Assembly: GCA_964633675.1 (NCBI GenBank)
Contig: CAZWHR010000001.1
Span: 1 to 47,421, forward strand
Length of the DNA: 47,421 nucleotides
Origin: an uncultured archaeon
GTDB taxonomy: Archaea > Nanohalarchaeota > Nanosalinia > Nanosalinales > Nanoanaerosalinaceae
Direction of reading: 5' to 3'
Shown here: positions 17,738 through 25,944 of the stretch, one piece after another
Layout: each line of letters starts with the position of its first letter
Numbering within the stretch: the first letter of the stretch is position 1
Program-made: the position numbers and the translations under genes
Notes under the pieces: model-generated
The model's input: only the letters and a program-made list of their open reading frames with translations
Databases searched by the model: none
Told to the model about the DNA's origin: nothing

Positions 17738-18486
17738 AAGTTGATGTAGATCTTGCGATGGAAGCAGTCAAAAGTGCTGGAAAACTATTAAGAGAGAACT
17801 TTAGAGAAAAATATTCTGTTGAAAGGAAAGAGAAACACGATTTTGTAACTAATCTGGATCTTGAGGCAGAGAACAAGATTCTGGAGATACTGGGCGACAC
17901 TGGCTATTCTATATATGGAGAGGAGACTGGAGAACACCCTGGAGATGATGCTACATGGATTGTCGATCCTCTTGACGGTACAACAAATTACATTCTAGGA
18001 AATCCTGCCTTTGCCTCGGCAGTTGCGCTTGTAAGAGATGGGGAACCAGTGCTATCAGCAGCCTATCTACCGTTTACAGATGACCTTGTAACCGCTGAGA
18101 AGGGTGAAGGCACATACCTAAACGGAGAAGAAATCACTGTATCCAATGTATCAAGCCTTGATAATTCCTTCCTGATATTCTGCCATGGGAAGAAGCCTAA
18201 GGATGCGGAATCCGCAATAGAAGTCTACCAGAAATTCAAGACCCGGTGCAAAGATATGAGGCAGATAGGATCTGCGGTCTTTGAGTTCTTATCTGTAGCT
18301 CTTGGAAAGGCCGAAGCCTTTATATTTCCTGGAGCTCCTAGATACGATGTGGCGCCAGGCTATATCTTCCTCAAGGAGGCGGGAGGAAAGATAACTGATT
18401 TCTCTGGAGGAAAATATTCGTTCGACAGCGCTAATATGCTTGCCTCTAATAGGGAGGTACACAAAGAAATTCTGAAGGATCTTTAG
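17734..18486 (+). CDS. suhB: inositol monophosphatase / archaeal FBPase-IMPase family
   Basis: ATGA overlap with the upstream gene. Motifs EE(T)G...WIVDPLDGTTNY, and a downstream region consistent with the WDxAAG-equivalent. Confidence 0.8.
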   Translation: MKVDVDLAMEAVKSAGKLLRENFREKYSVERKEKHDFVTNLDLEAENKILEILGDTGYSIYGEETGEHPGDDATWIVDPLDGTTNYILGNPAFASAVALVRDGEPVLSAAYLPFTDDLVTAEKGEGTYLNGEEITVSNVSSLDNSFLIFCHGKKPKDAESAIEVYQKFKTRCKDMRQIGSAVFEFLSVALGKAEAFIFPGAPRYDVAPGYIFLKEAGGKITDFSGGKYSFDSANMLASNREVHKEILKDL

Positions 18487-18498
18487 ATACCTAATCGT

Positions 18499-20079
18499 TC
18501 AGTCTACCTGATTGAGGTATTTTTCTATTTCTTTTTTCTCTCTTTTCTGGCTCCATCCGAGAAGCTTCGCCATCAGTGATGAAACTTTCTCCACACAGCA
18601 TCGGCCTCTGCATTTCTCCCATCCAACTGTCCCTCTCCTCAGCATGAAGTCACACACTTTAACTGCTAGTTCTTCCTCTACCGCCAACTTTATCTGCGCC
18701 TTTATATCCTCTGTATGGCTACACAGCTTTTCTCCCATACTTTGACTGTCTTCTGCTATTTCTGCTACTTTCCTGTATCTTGAGCCATAGAGATCTTTCA
18801 AATGCTCTAAAGTCTCTTCAGGGATGTCAAAATCTGCTTTTTCTATTTCTTCTCCTCCGGGAAGCTTCCTTTCCGCGGTAATGCACTCTTCCTTTACACC
18901 CAGCTTCTCCGCTGCCAGGTCTGTAGCCTCCTCTGCTGCGACTCTGTAATTTGTTATCTTTGCTCCTAGCACCGAGATAATGTTTAACTCTTCGTGGTCT
19001 TCGATCTTGTGTTTTCTGGATACATCTGACTCTTTTGCGCTATCTCCAGAATTGTAGAGAGGCCTAACACCTGCATATGTGTAGATGATATCTTTCTCTT
19101 CTATTTCAGGAAAGTAGCGATTCAGCTCTCCTAGAAGATAATCTATGTCATTTTCTGTAGCTTCTGCCAGATCGGGATCCTCTCTGAAGTCGGTATCTGT
19201 AGTCCCAACAAGGGATTTTCCGTTCCACGGCACCACAAAGATTATCCTGCCGTCTTCTGTCGGTAGTAGAACTCCGTTTTCGGTTATTTTTGGGATAACT
19301 AGATGGATGCCTTTAGTTGGTCTAACAAGGTCTCTTTCCTCCATCCCTCCTAAGATCCTAGAGGCCCACGGTCCTGAGGAGTTTATGAAGATCTTACCTT
19401 CTATTTTTACCTTATCTCCGGATAGCTTTTTTTCCACCTCTATAGCTTCTATTCTACCTTCTTCAGTTTTGAAATTCTTAAACTCTGTATGGTTCAGGAT
19501 TTTAGCTCCGTTCTTAACTGCTGAGAGTATGTTCTCAACACAGAGTCTCTCGATGAACTCTGCCTGGCAGTCATAGTAAGTGAAGGCTTCCTGAAGCTCC
19601 TCCATAGGTAGCTCTGGGTCCTCTTCATTAACTTCATTTGGCGAGAGCACCCCATGGTTTGGCAGTTCCTTTCCATAAGAAAGCAGGTCGTAGAGCCACA
19701 GTCCAACTCTTATCTTGGCCCGGTGTAGAAAGCTATCTCCATAGCTAGGTATCAGGAATCTCAGAGGTTCTACAAGGTGTGGCGCGATTTCCCTCAGGAT
19801 GCTTCTCTCCTGCAGACTTTCAAAGACCAGTCCGAAGTCGAACATCTCAAGGTATCTCAGGCCTCCATGGATCAGTCTTGTGGATTTTGAGGTTGTTCCT
19901 GCCCCAAAGTCATCTTTCTCAACAATACAGACATCCATACCTCTGATAGAAGCATCTCTTGCTATCCCGCACCCAACTATACCCCCGCCAATGACCACAA
20001 GGTCATATTCCTTTCCCTCAAACGCCTCTAGATCCCTATCCCTGTTGACCTCTATGCCTTCTCTACCTTTACTTTCCAT
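18499..20079 (-). CDS. glpA: FAD-dependent glycerol-3-phosphate dehydrogenase (GlpA/GlpD type) with Cys-rich BFD-like C-terminus
   Basis: DLVVIGGGIVGCGIARDASIRGMDVCIVEKDDFGAGTTSKSTRLIHGGLRY. The C-terminus has CSHTED...CDFMLRR...CRGRCC. Confidence 0.8.
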   Translation of the reverse strand: MESKGREGIEVNRDRDLEAFEGKEYDLVVIGGGIVGCGIARDASIRGMDVCIVEKDDFGAGTTSKSTRLIHGGLRYLEMFDFGLVFESLQERSILREIAPHLVEPLRFLIPSYGDSFLHRAKIRVGLWLYDLLSYGKELPNHGVLSPNEVNEEDPELPMEELQEAFTYYDCQAEFIERLCVENILSAVKNGAKILNHTEFKNFKTEEGRIEAIEVEKKLSGDKVKIEGKIFINSSGPWASRILGGMEERDLVRPTKGIHLVIPKITENGVLLPTEDGRIIFVVPWNGKSLVGTTDTDFREDPDLAEATENDIDYLLGELNRYFPEIEEKDIIYTYAGVRPLYNSGDSAKESDVSRKHKIEDHEELNIISVLGAKITNYRVAAEEATDLAAEKLGVKEECITAERKLPGGEEIEKADFDIPEETLEHLKDLYGSRYRKVAEIAEDSQSMGEKLCSHTEDIKAQIKLAVEEELAVKVCDFMLRRGTVGWEKCRGRCCVEKVSSLMAKLLGWSQKREKKEIEKYLNQVD

Positions 20080-20161
20080 AGCTGTAGCTTTTATCCTCCT
20101 ACAATCTTACCATTAGGCATTTAACTCTTTAATCATTTTTCGTGTGTATGGTGAATAATTA

Positions 20162-20845
20162 ATGGATTTAAAGGCTATATTTCTGAACTGTACTTTGAAA
20201 GAGTCCCCCAAAACTTCTAATACCAGAGCCCTCATAGACAAGTCTGTAGATATATTTCACGATCTTGGAGTCGAAACTGAGGTCATCAGACCTGTAGATT
20301 ATAACATAGAGTTCGGTGTGACTTCCGATGAGGGAGAGGATGATGAATGGCCCGAGATACTTGACAAGATCAAGGAATCCGACATACTTGTAATAGGAAC
20401 CCCTATCTGGTTCGGTCTGAGAAGTTCTGTGGCGCAGCTTGTTGTTGAGAGGCTTGATGGGACCTACGAGGAGATGGATCCTGAGAACGGCCATTTCCCA
20501 CTTTACAACACTGTAGGAGGAGTTATAGTCACAGGGAACGAGGACGGCGCCCACGAGACAGCCGCCTCTACGCTTTTCAACCTGTCACATTTGGGATGTA
20601 CAATACCTCCCAACGCTGACAGCTACTGGGTTGGAGAGGCGGGACCAGGACCCAGTTATAGAGAAGCCGGCGGAGAGAACCACATGTACACCAACAAGAC
20701 CGTCAGGTTCATGACACATAACCTCTACCACTTCGCGGAGCGCCTGAAGGAAAACCCGATCGACACAAACCTCAACGAGCTAATTGAAGAGGCGAAGAAG
20801 GAAAGCGGAGAGTGTCCTGAGGATCAGCCCTGTCTTAAGGGCTGA
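20162..20845 (+). CDS. flavodoxin-like NAD(P)H-dependent FMN reductase family protein
   Basis: IFLNCTLKESPKTSNT... and ESDILVIGTPIWFGLRSSVAQLVVERLD are typical of the FMN_red/flavodoxin_2 fold. Confidence 0.65.
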   Translation: MDLKAIFLNCTLKESPKTSNTRALIDKSVDIFHDLGVETEVIRPVDYNIEFGVTSDEGEDDEWPEILDKIKESDILVIGTPIWFGLRSSVAQLVVERLDGTYEEMDPENGHFPLYNTVGGVIVTGNEDGAHETAASTLFNLSHLGCTIPPNADSYWVGEAGPGPSYREAGGENHMYTNKTVRFMTHNLYHFAERLKENPIDTNLNELIEEAKKESGECPEDQPCLKG

Positions 20846-20858
20846 TAGAACTTGGGAA

Positions 20859-20876
20859 AGCCCCGTCCGAGATTTG
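20859..20876 (-). repeat. orphan copy of the last 18 nt of tRNA-Thr (T-loop to discriminator)
   Basis: agccccgtccgagatttg at 20859-20876 is identical to 20976-20993. The sequence 5' of it on the minus strand has no T-stem partner. Confidence 0.85.
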
Positions 20877-20957
20877 GGCCTCTGTGCTTCTCTGGATTTG
20901 AGAAGCGCAGTCATGAAATCTTAGGGAAATAAAAGCACTCTTAACTGCCCAGAACTT

Positions 20958-20975
20958 CTAGAAAAGGAAATAGAG
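20958..20975 (-). terminator. T-rich tract directly after the tRNA-Thr 3' end
   Basis: The minus strand reads CTCTATTTCCTTTTCTAG immediately after the discriminator. Archaeal termination commonly uses oligo-T tracts. Confidence 0.3.
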
Positions 20976-21151
20976 AGCCCCGTCCGAGATTTGAACCCGG
21001 GACCTCGTCCTATCTGGTGCTTTTCAAGGTTTCTCGGTAGAGAAACCTGTATCGAAAATCCTGACGGATTTTCTCAAACCACCTTCTACTCGCTAGCGCT
21101 CGAGAAGGCGGTATTACCAAGGACGTGCTCTTCCAGCTGAGCTAACGGGGC
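20976..21151 (-). tRNA. tRNA-Thr(GGU) with a 103-nt intron at canonical position 37/38 (intron 21012-21114)
   Basis: Hand fold on the minus strand: GCCCCGT-TA-GCTC-AGCTGGAA-GAGC-A-CGTCC-TTGGTA[intron]A-GGACG-AGGTC-CCGGG-TTCAAAT-CTCGG-ACGGGGC-T. G18G19 and the T-loop are present. The U73 discriminator is as I recall for archaeal tRNA-Thr. No CCA is encoded. A TGGT/ACCA helix with a 3-nt GAT bulge sits at the 3' splice site (relaxed BHB). Confidence 0.8.
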
Positions 21152-21152
21152 T

Positions 21153-21274
21153 ATCAAGGGATCTCCTTAACTATACTGGTCTGTAATCGGGTAGCCTCCT
21201 CGTAGAGGAGGAATACCTGGTTGTTGCATTGTAGGGGCGTAACCCTACTGCTCTTCCAGCTGAGCTAACGGGGC
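21153..21274 (-). pseudogene. tRNA-Thr 5' fragment: 26 nt identical to the acceptor 5' strand plus D-arm of the downstream tRNA, then an aberrant hairpin, no T-arm and no 3' acceptor strand
   Basis: tgctcttccagctgagctaacggggc at 21249-21274 equals 21126-21151. It is followed (minus strand) by GTAGGG-TTACGC-CCCTAC and CCTCCTC-TACG-GAGGAGG hairpins. No ACGGGGC occurs before the next tRNA starts. Confidence 0.6.
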
Positions 21275-21306
21275 TTAGGCCAACACGGTTCAGTTGTCTT
21301 CGCAAC

Positions 21307-21319
21307 CTTTTTATTTATT
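21307..21319 (-). promoter_or_regulatory. A/T-rich TATA-like box upstream of the tRNA locus
   Basis: The minus strand reads AATAAATAAAAAG, 33-45 nt upstream of the first GCCCCGT (21274). The only A/T box before the complete tRNA (TATAGTTAA, 21167-21175) is too close (16-24 nt) to its mature 5' end. Confidence 0.3.
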
Positions 21320-22191
21320 CAGAGCACCACCATAGCAACCCCGGATATGATCAGGATGCTTCCAAGGGTCTTCCTCAGTATGTTGTCCTCTTGCAGGAAG
21401 TAGCCTCCGAGAAGAACGCTTGCCAGGATGTCTGTACGGAGTACTGAAACAACTTTCCCTGTTTTTGCCATTGAAAAAGCCTGGAAGGTTCCTGATATTG
21501 CTAGTACAGCAAGAAGGCCTGCAAGAATATACATCCAGAATGAGCTACCAAGGCTGTTCTTTATACTGTTCATACGACCCTTGTGTATCGCTATAAATCC
21601 CAAGGAAACTGAAATTATGGTGTAGAGGAGGAAGAGATAGATCTGGGGCGGGATATGCTGGGTTGCAAAACGATCTCCTACTGCCGCGATTGAGAAGGAG
21701 AACGCAGAGAAAAGCGCTATAAACACTGGTTTGTCGGTTAAAACTCTTTTGAGAGGTTCCAGAGCTGTTTTATTAGATTTGAGGAGGAGAAGATATCCTC
21801 CTGAAGTCACCACCAGAACTCCTACAAGATTCTTCCATGATAGAACCTCTCCAAGAAGGATCCAGGCGTTGAAGGCTGCTAGTACAGGTGTGATTTTTGC
21901 TATAGGCATGACAACCGATATATCCATCTTCTTTATAGAGTAGTGGAGAGTCCTCATACCTGCGATATTACCTACTGCAGACAGCCCGAGCGCCGCCCAT
22001 ACTGTGGTTCCAAAACTGAGGCTTGATCCTTGAATGAAGTATATGAAGAAAGGTATATACAGTACTGTTGTCATCCAGACATATGGCACGGTGTATTCAA
22101 AAGGCGGGGTGTCGGATAGAACCTTCTTCCCGACCAGGTTGGACAATGCCCAGAAAATCCCTGCAGCTATTGCATAAAATGCCCAGTTCAT
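21319..22191 (-). CDS. EamA/DMT-superfamily transporter
   Basis: 290 aa, about 10 hydrophobic helices arranged as two similar halves. Confidence 0.7.
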   Translation of the reverse strand: MNWAFYAIAAGIFWALSNLVGKKVLSDTPPFEYTVPYVWMTTVLYIPFFIYFIQGSSLSFGTTVWAALGLSAVGNIAGMRTLHYSIKKMDISVVMPIAKITPVLAAFNAWILLGEVLSWKNLVGVLVVTSGGYLLLLKSNKTALEPLKRVLTDKPVFIALFSAFSFSIAAVGDRFATQHIPPQIYLFLLYTIISVSLGFIAIHKGRMNSIKNSLGSSFWMYILAGLLAVLAISGTFQAFSMAKTGKVVSVLRTDILASVLLGGYFLQEDNILRKTLGSILIISGVAMVVL

Positions 22192-22226
22192 ACATCTTGA
22201 TTGGAGAAAATCCCTTAATAATTCTT

Positions 22227-22388
22227 CTATTCAGCAATCTCGCTGCTCTTCTCTCTGAGGCCCGAATACCCGCACTTCCTGCAGTTGGCGTTCTCAGGAT
22301 CCTTAACCCGGTTGCGGGCGTTGCACTTTCTGCAGATGTAGATCCCCTCGAACAGCCTCTTTTCAGCGATATCGAATCTTTCAGCCAA
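22227..22388 (-). CDS. rpl40e: 50S ribosomal protein L40e (eL40)
   Basis: Not in the ORF track (53 aa). My translation is (M)[52 protein letters not shown]. The C-x2-C-x14-C-x2-C ribbon and the ICRKC...CRKCGY..LR.K pattern match archaeal L40e. TTG start at 22388 with GAGGTG 6 nt upstream; an in-frame GTG at 22397 is the alternative. Confidence 0.8.
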   Translation of the reverse strand: MAERFDIAEKRLFEGIYICRKCNARNRVKDPENANCRKCGYSGLREKSSEIAE

Positions 22389-22460
22389 TCTTGACACCTC
22401 AAACAGTAGTCGTTTCCGACCACCAACAGCAAAACACTGGAGAAAGCTTTAAATATGTGC

Positions 22461-23291
22461 TCATTTCTTCATGCCTTCCAGCCTTTTAATCCTCTCCTCT
22501 GTCGGTGGATGGGTTGAGAACAGCTTTGAAAGCGTATCCTTCTTGAAAGGATTGATTATGAACAGGTGGGAGGCTCCCTTTGCACCTGACTTCATAGGGT
22601 TTGCAGAAACCGAGTTCTCTATCGATTTCAGTGCATCAGCCAGGTATACAGGGTCTGTAACTTCTGCTGCAGAACTATCCGCAAGGAACTCCCTGCTCCT
22701 TGAGATAGCCATCTGCACCATGCTTGCAGCCAGAGGAGCAAGTATCATGCCTCCTATCATAAGCAGAGGGTTTCTAGCTTCACCGTCAAGGCTGGAGAAC
22801 CACAGGATCTGCGCAAGAAGAGATATTGCTCCTCCAAATACTCCTGCAATGCTCTGTATAAGTGTATCTCGGTTCTTTATATGTGCGATCTCGTGCGCTA
22901 GAACCCCTTCAACCTCCTCCCTATCAAGACTGTCGAGGAGTCCTGAGGTCACGCATACTATAGAGTTATCCGGGTTTCTACCCGTTGCAAAGGCATTAGG
23001 TGTACGTTGGTCCATCAAGTAAACCTCCGGCTTCGGGATTCCTGATTTTTCAGCAAGCGCCTCCACTTTATCATGGGCCCAACCATGCACTTCTCTTTTT
23101 AACGGCTGTGCTCCGTACATTTTTACAACCATTTTGTGGCTGTAGAAGTAGCTGAAGAAGTTCATTCCCAGGGCAAATACTAGCCCTACAACCAGCCCCG
23201 TGCTTCCTCCGAACAGATAGCCCATAAACCCTAAAAGCGCTATCAGCGTTGCGAACAGCATAGATAGACGGAATTTTTCCTGTATGCCCAT
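22461..23291 (-). CDS. htpX: HtpX-family M48 membrane zinc protease
   Basis: HEIAHIKNRD zinc motif, four TM segments, C-terminal STHPPTEERI. Confidence 0.9.
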   Translation of the reverse strand: MGIQEKFRLSMLFATLIALLGFMGYLFGGSTGLVVGLVFALGMNFFSYFYSHKMVVKMYGAQPLKREVHGWAHDKVEALAEKSGIPKPEVYLMDQRTPNAFATGRNPDNSIVCVTSGLLDSLDREEVEGVLAHEIAHIKNRDTLIQSIAGVFGGAISLLAQILWFSSLDGEARNPLLMIGGMILAPLAASMVQMAISRSREFLADSSAAEVTDPVYLADALKSIENSVSANPMKSGAKGASHLFIINPFKKDTLSKLFSTHPPTEERIKRLEGMKK

Positions 23292-23320
23292 TCCAAGTCC
23301 AGTTCGGTGTTCTATCTTTT

Positions 23321-23866
23321 TTATAGTTTGCGCATCGTATTATTTAGGTTCCACTCTGTGTTTCCAGGTCTGTAGTTCTTCGCTTCTCCTTCATTTTTGA
23401 GTATCTCGGCTACTATCTCGGAGGTTTCCTCCGCCGTTCTACTGCTTGTATCGAGTTCTACCACATCTTCGTTCTCAGCTACGGCCTGCTGGAGTATTGC
23501 ATCCAGTGCCTCGGCTTCCAGGTTTTCCTCGATCTTATCTCTTGCCCATCCTCTTTTCTTTAGACGTTTTCCCAGTTCTGAAGGATTGCATCTGAGAACA
23601 ACTACGATATCTGCAGGAAAATAATGCGAAAGATGCCCGTCAAGTACTGAATCATCATCTACAACCGCTTTAAGCTTTTTTACGAGGCTTTTAATGTCTA
23701 CAGAAAGCGCACCTCTCTTATAGTCTTCCTCTGCATTTACTTCCTCCGACCGGGCTACCTCATTGACATCCACATAGCTGTAGCCGAGCCTCTCTGCAAG
23801 ATCTTTTGATACCTTAGTTTTTCCTGTACCGGGTGTACCGGTAACTGATATTATCAATTCTTGCAC
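23321..23866 (-). CDS. Fap7/AK6-like adenylate kinase / NTPase
   Basis: P-loop ISVTGTPGTGKT; 181 aa; GTG start according to my reverse complement of 23864-23866. Confidence 0.7.
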   Translation of the reverse strand: MQELIISVTGTPGTGKTKVSKDLAERLGYSYVDVNEVARSEEVNAEEDYKRGALSVDIKSLVKKLKAVVDDDSVLDGHLSHYFPADIVVVLRCNPSELGKRLKKRGWARDKIEENLEAEALDAILQQAVAENEDVVELDTSSRTAEETSEIVAEILKNEGEAKNYRPGNTEWNLNNTMRKL

Positions 23867-24064
23867 CTCTTAAAAGTCTTCTAGGGTTGTAATGGCTGGG
23901 AGTTTTTTTCCTAGGTTTATCCTTAACCGAGGTTTAGGACTATAGAGATAAAAAGTTGAGGTTATCTTGAGGAACTTATTAGATTCTATAGTATCAAATA
24001 TAGGGGTAGAAGTGAACAGTTAGATATTTATAGCCGTGATGAGAACTATGGCAATATATTCGTA

Positions 24065-25237
24065 ATGGAAATTACATTTCAACCTGAAATAAGGATTAAG
24101 GAAAAACATCTCTATATCTTTGTTGTTCTTCTTCTGATTATTGGAGGTGTAATGCTAGCTTCAGGACAAGGAGTAGGAAATGCTCCTGATTCCGTCCTAG
24201 AACTGTTGGAGAGCAAGAGCCCGTCATCGTGGGATTCGGAACCGAAAGGCGCAACACATAGCGCCGCCGAGGTAAAGACAGCATTTGGTGATAATGTTAC
24301 AACCGTTCAAGATGCTATATCTGGCATGGAGAGAAAGATGAATCTTATTGAATCTAAACTGGGAGAGGAGGGTATATGTACTATTGGTGTGCAGACATGT
24401 GCAAAGCGTGTTGAAAAAGTTACTAGATATGGAAGAATTGTTAAAAGTAACGAAAAAGAAAACTGCAGTCCCAAGCAATACTTTTCTGGCGGATGGACAG
24501 ATTATGCTGATTCAGAGGTTCCTCCACCCTCCGAAGATTTAGAAAAATATTCTAGTTATGATTATCAATATCAATACTCTTCAGATGTAAAGACAAAAGC
24601 TCGAGCATTTATAGACTGCTCTGTTGAAATTGATACGGTGTTTTACCAGTGGAATGATGGCCGCCACTGCTATAACAACGGATGCGATACAGAACATATA
24701 CAGAGCAACGCGGATAAATCCAAGACTCTTATATATGAGAGAGACTCCAACCTTAATATCGATTTAAAGGGTAGAAGTGATGTATCTCGACCGGATTGGC
24801 TGGATTTCATTAATAGAGGGGAAAAAGTTAAAACAACTCCCTATTCGTCAGCTAGACTGGTTTTGAAGCAGGAACACCACCATAATCCGGATAAGTTGCT
24901 GACAGCTGCTTTCAGCATACACGATGTAGAGGTTGATATTGGAAGTGGAGACGCTCGTACCAGAGTGGCAAGGGTAGATTATGGAAAAAGCTGGGGTGGA
25001 AACACCGGAAAGTTCTCAAGGGAGGACATTGGGTCGGGTTCGCCAGTTCCTATAGACGGAAACTGGCACAACCTAGCAGAGATAGATGTCCATGGGAGGC
25101 CTACAAGAGCCAGCTACCAGGTAAAGTTCGAAACCGATGGACAGAAGGTGTGGATGTACGACAGGCTGAACCTTAAGAGTGGAGGTAAGTCCGGTGTATG
25201 GGGAGGTATTACCACCCATCGTATTACGGAAAAATAG
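24065..25237 (+). CDS. N-terminally membrane-anchored extracytoplasmic protein, unknown function
   Basis: ATG start. TM LYIFVVLLLIIGGVMLASG, then a Cys-containing, Y/W-rich 350-aa domain with no motif I recognise. Confidence 0.6.
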   Translation: MEITFQPEIRIKEKHLYIFVVLLLIIGGVMLASGQGVGNAPDSVLELLESKSPSSWDSEPKGATHSAAEVKTAFGDNVTTVQDAISGMERKMNLIESKLGEEGICTIGVQTCAKRVEKVTRYGRIVKSNEKENCSPKQYFSGGWTDYADSEVPPPSEDLEKYSSYDYQYQYSSDVKTKARAFIDCSVEIDTVFYQWNDGRHCYNNGCDTEHIQSNADKSKTLIYERDSNLNIDLKGRSDVSRPDWLDFINRGEKVKTTPYSSARLVLKQEHHHNPDKLLTAAFSIHDVEVDIGSGDARTRVARVDYGKSWGGNTGKFSREDIGSGSPVPIDGNWHNLAEIDVHGRPTRASYQVKFETDGQKVWMYDRLNLKSGGKSGVWGGITTHRITEK

Positions 25238-25250
25238 AGGAGGTTAAAGT

Positions 25251-25760
25251 ATGATGCGATATCTGGCGTATATACTTCTGGTAGTTTCTCTACTGGCTGG
25301 AGGGGTTACTGGATATTATATAGGGGTAGAGTCAGGATGGGACATGGCAAGGGAAAAGGTTTACAACGCAACAGGGGTGGATGATGCAGAGGAAGCGCTT
25401 ATAGACGGCATAGTAACAGCAACCCGGGAAAATGAATTGCTTGTGGAAACCCGTTCTCTGGATCCTGTAGTACAGGCTCTTTCAGATAAGGATCTATCTG
25501 TACGTACTGTTATACTTGATCATGACACGCAGTATTTTAAAGTTACTAGAAGGCCTCCGGAAGATCTACAGAGGCCTCTTAAATCTCCAGACGCGAATAA
25601 CACGAATAATACAGATCAACAATCTCTTTCTGCATTTAAAGAGGAAGAAGCAGAGCCGGAAGATATAGAAATAGGGGATGAGGTGGTTGTATATCCTATG
25701 ACTAGTTCCTCGGGGCAGAAGGAGATTGTCGCAAATCGTATAGATATTATAAAACAATAA
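25251..25760 (+). CDS. N-terminally membrane-anchored small protein, unknown function
   Basis: GGAGG 8 nt upstream of the ATG. TM YLAYILLVVSLLAGGVTGYYIG. Separated by 13 nt from the upstream gene. Confidence 0.55.
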   Translation: MMRYLAYILLVVSLLAGGVTGYYIGVESGWDMAREKVYNATGVDDAEEALIDGIVTATRENELLVETRSLDPVVQALSDKDLSVRTVILDHDTQYFKVTRRPPEDLQRPLKSPDANNTNNTDQQSLSAFKEEEAEPEDIEIGDEVVVYPMTSSSGQKEIVANRIDIIKQ

Positions 25761-25944
25761 TGCGCCTAGGAAAGTTCTGTCATTCACCTCCTTCTGCCTA
25801 TCCTATAAAAAGGTTGTATACTAAATATCTCCTAACTATAGTGGTGGCTTGATTTCCATCTGTGAGTGGAAATTTACTCAGTTAAGCGTCTGAGATGATG
25901 TGCTGGTATAGAAGCTTGGATTCAAGAAATCGTTGGTGATATTT

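Noticed and set aside
21153-21274. A second functional tRNA, possibly Val(UAC) from the GTAGG-GTTACGCC-CCTAC hairpin, or a split or nested tRNA using the 20859-20876 piece
   Set aside because: The hairpin gives a 6- or 8-nt loop rather than 7. There is no T-arm and no ACGGGGC 3' strand before the next tRNA. The distal 18-nt copy lacks a T-stem partner and lies beyond a T-rich tract. I kept it as an open finding rather than a tRNA call.
20846-21318. Integrated mobile element at the tRNA locus
   Set aside because: The duplicated tRNA ends are only about 100 nt from the intact gene. There is no integrase, cargo or further repeats anywhere in the window. At most this is a scar.
22068-22432. Track ORFs 22068-22394 (+, 108 aa) and 22097-22432 (-, 111 aa)
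   Set aside because: Both cover the same DNA as the L40e gene. Their composition is low-information (S/R/A/L-rich), and they have no RBS or motif. The 53-aa frame with a C4 ribbon and GAGGTG RBS explains the region.
24036-24090. Box C/D sRNA-like motif (GTGATGA at about 24037 with a CTGA about 40 nt downstream); also CTGAGATGATG near 25895
   Set aside because: No convincing internal D'/C' boxes or terminal stem. The first overlaps the start of a well-supported CDS. Isolated matches to 4-7-nt boxes are expected by chance.
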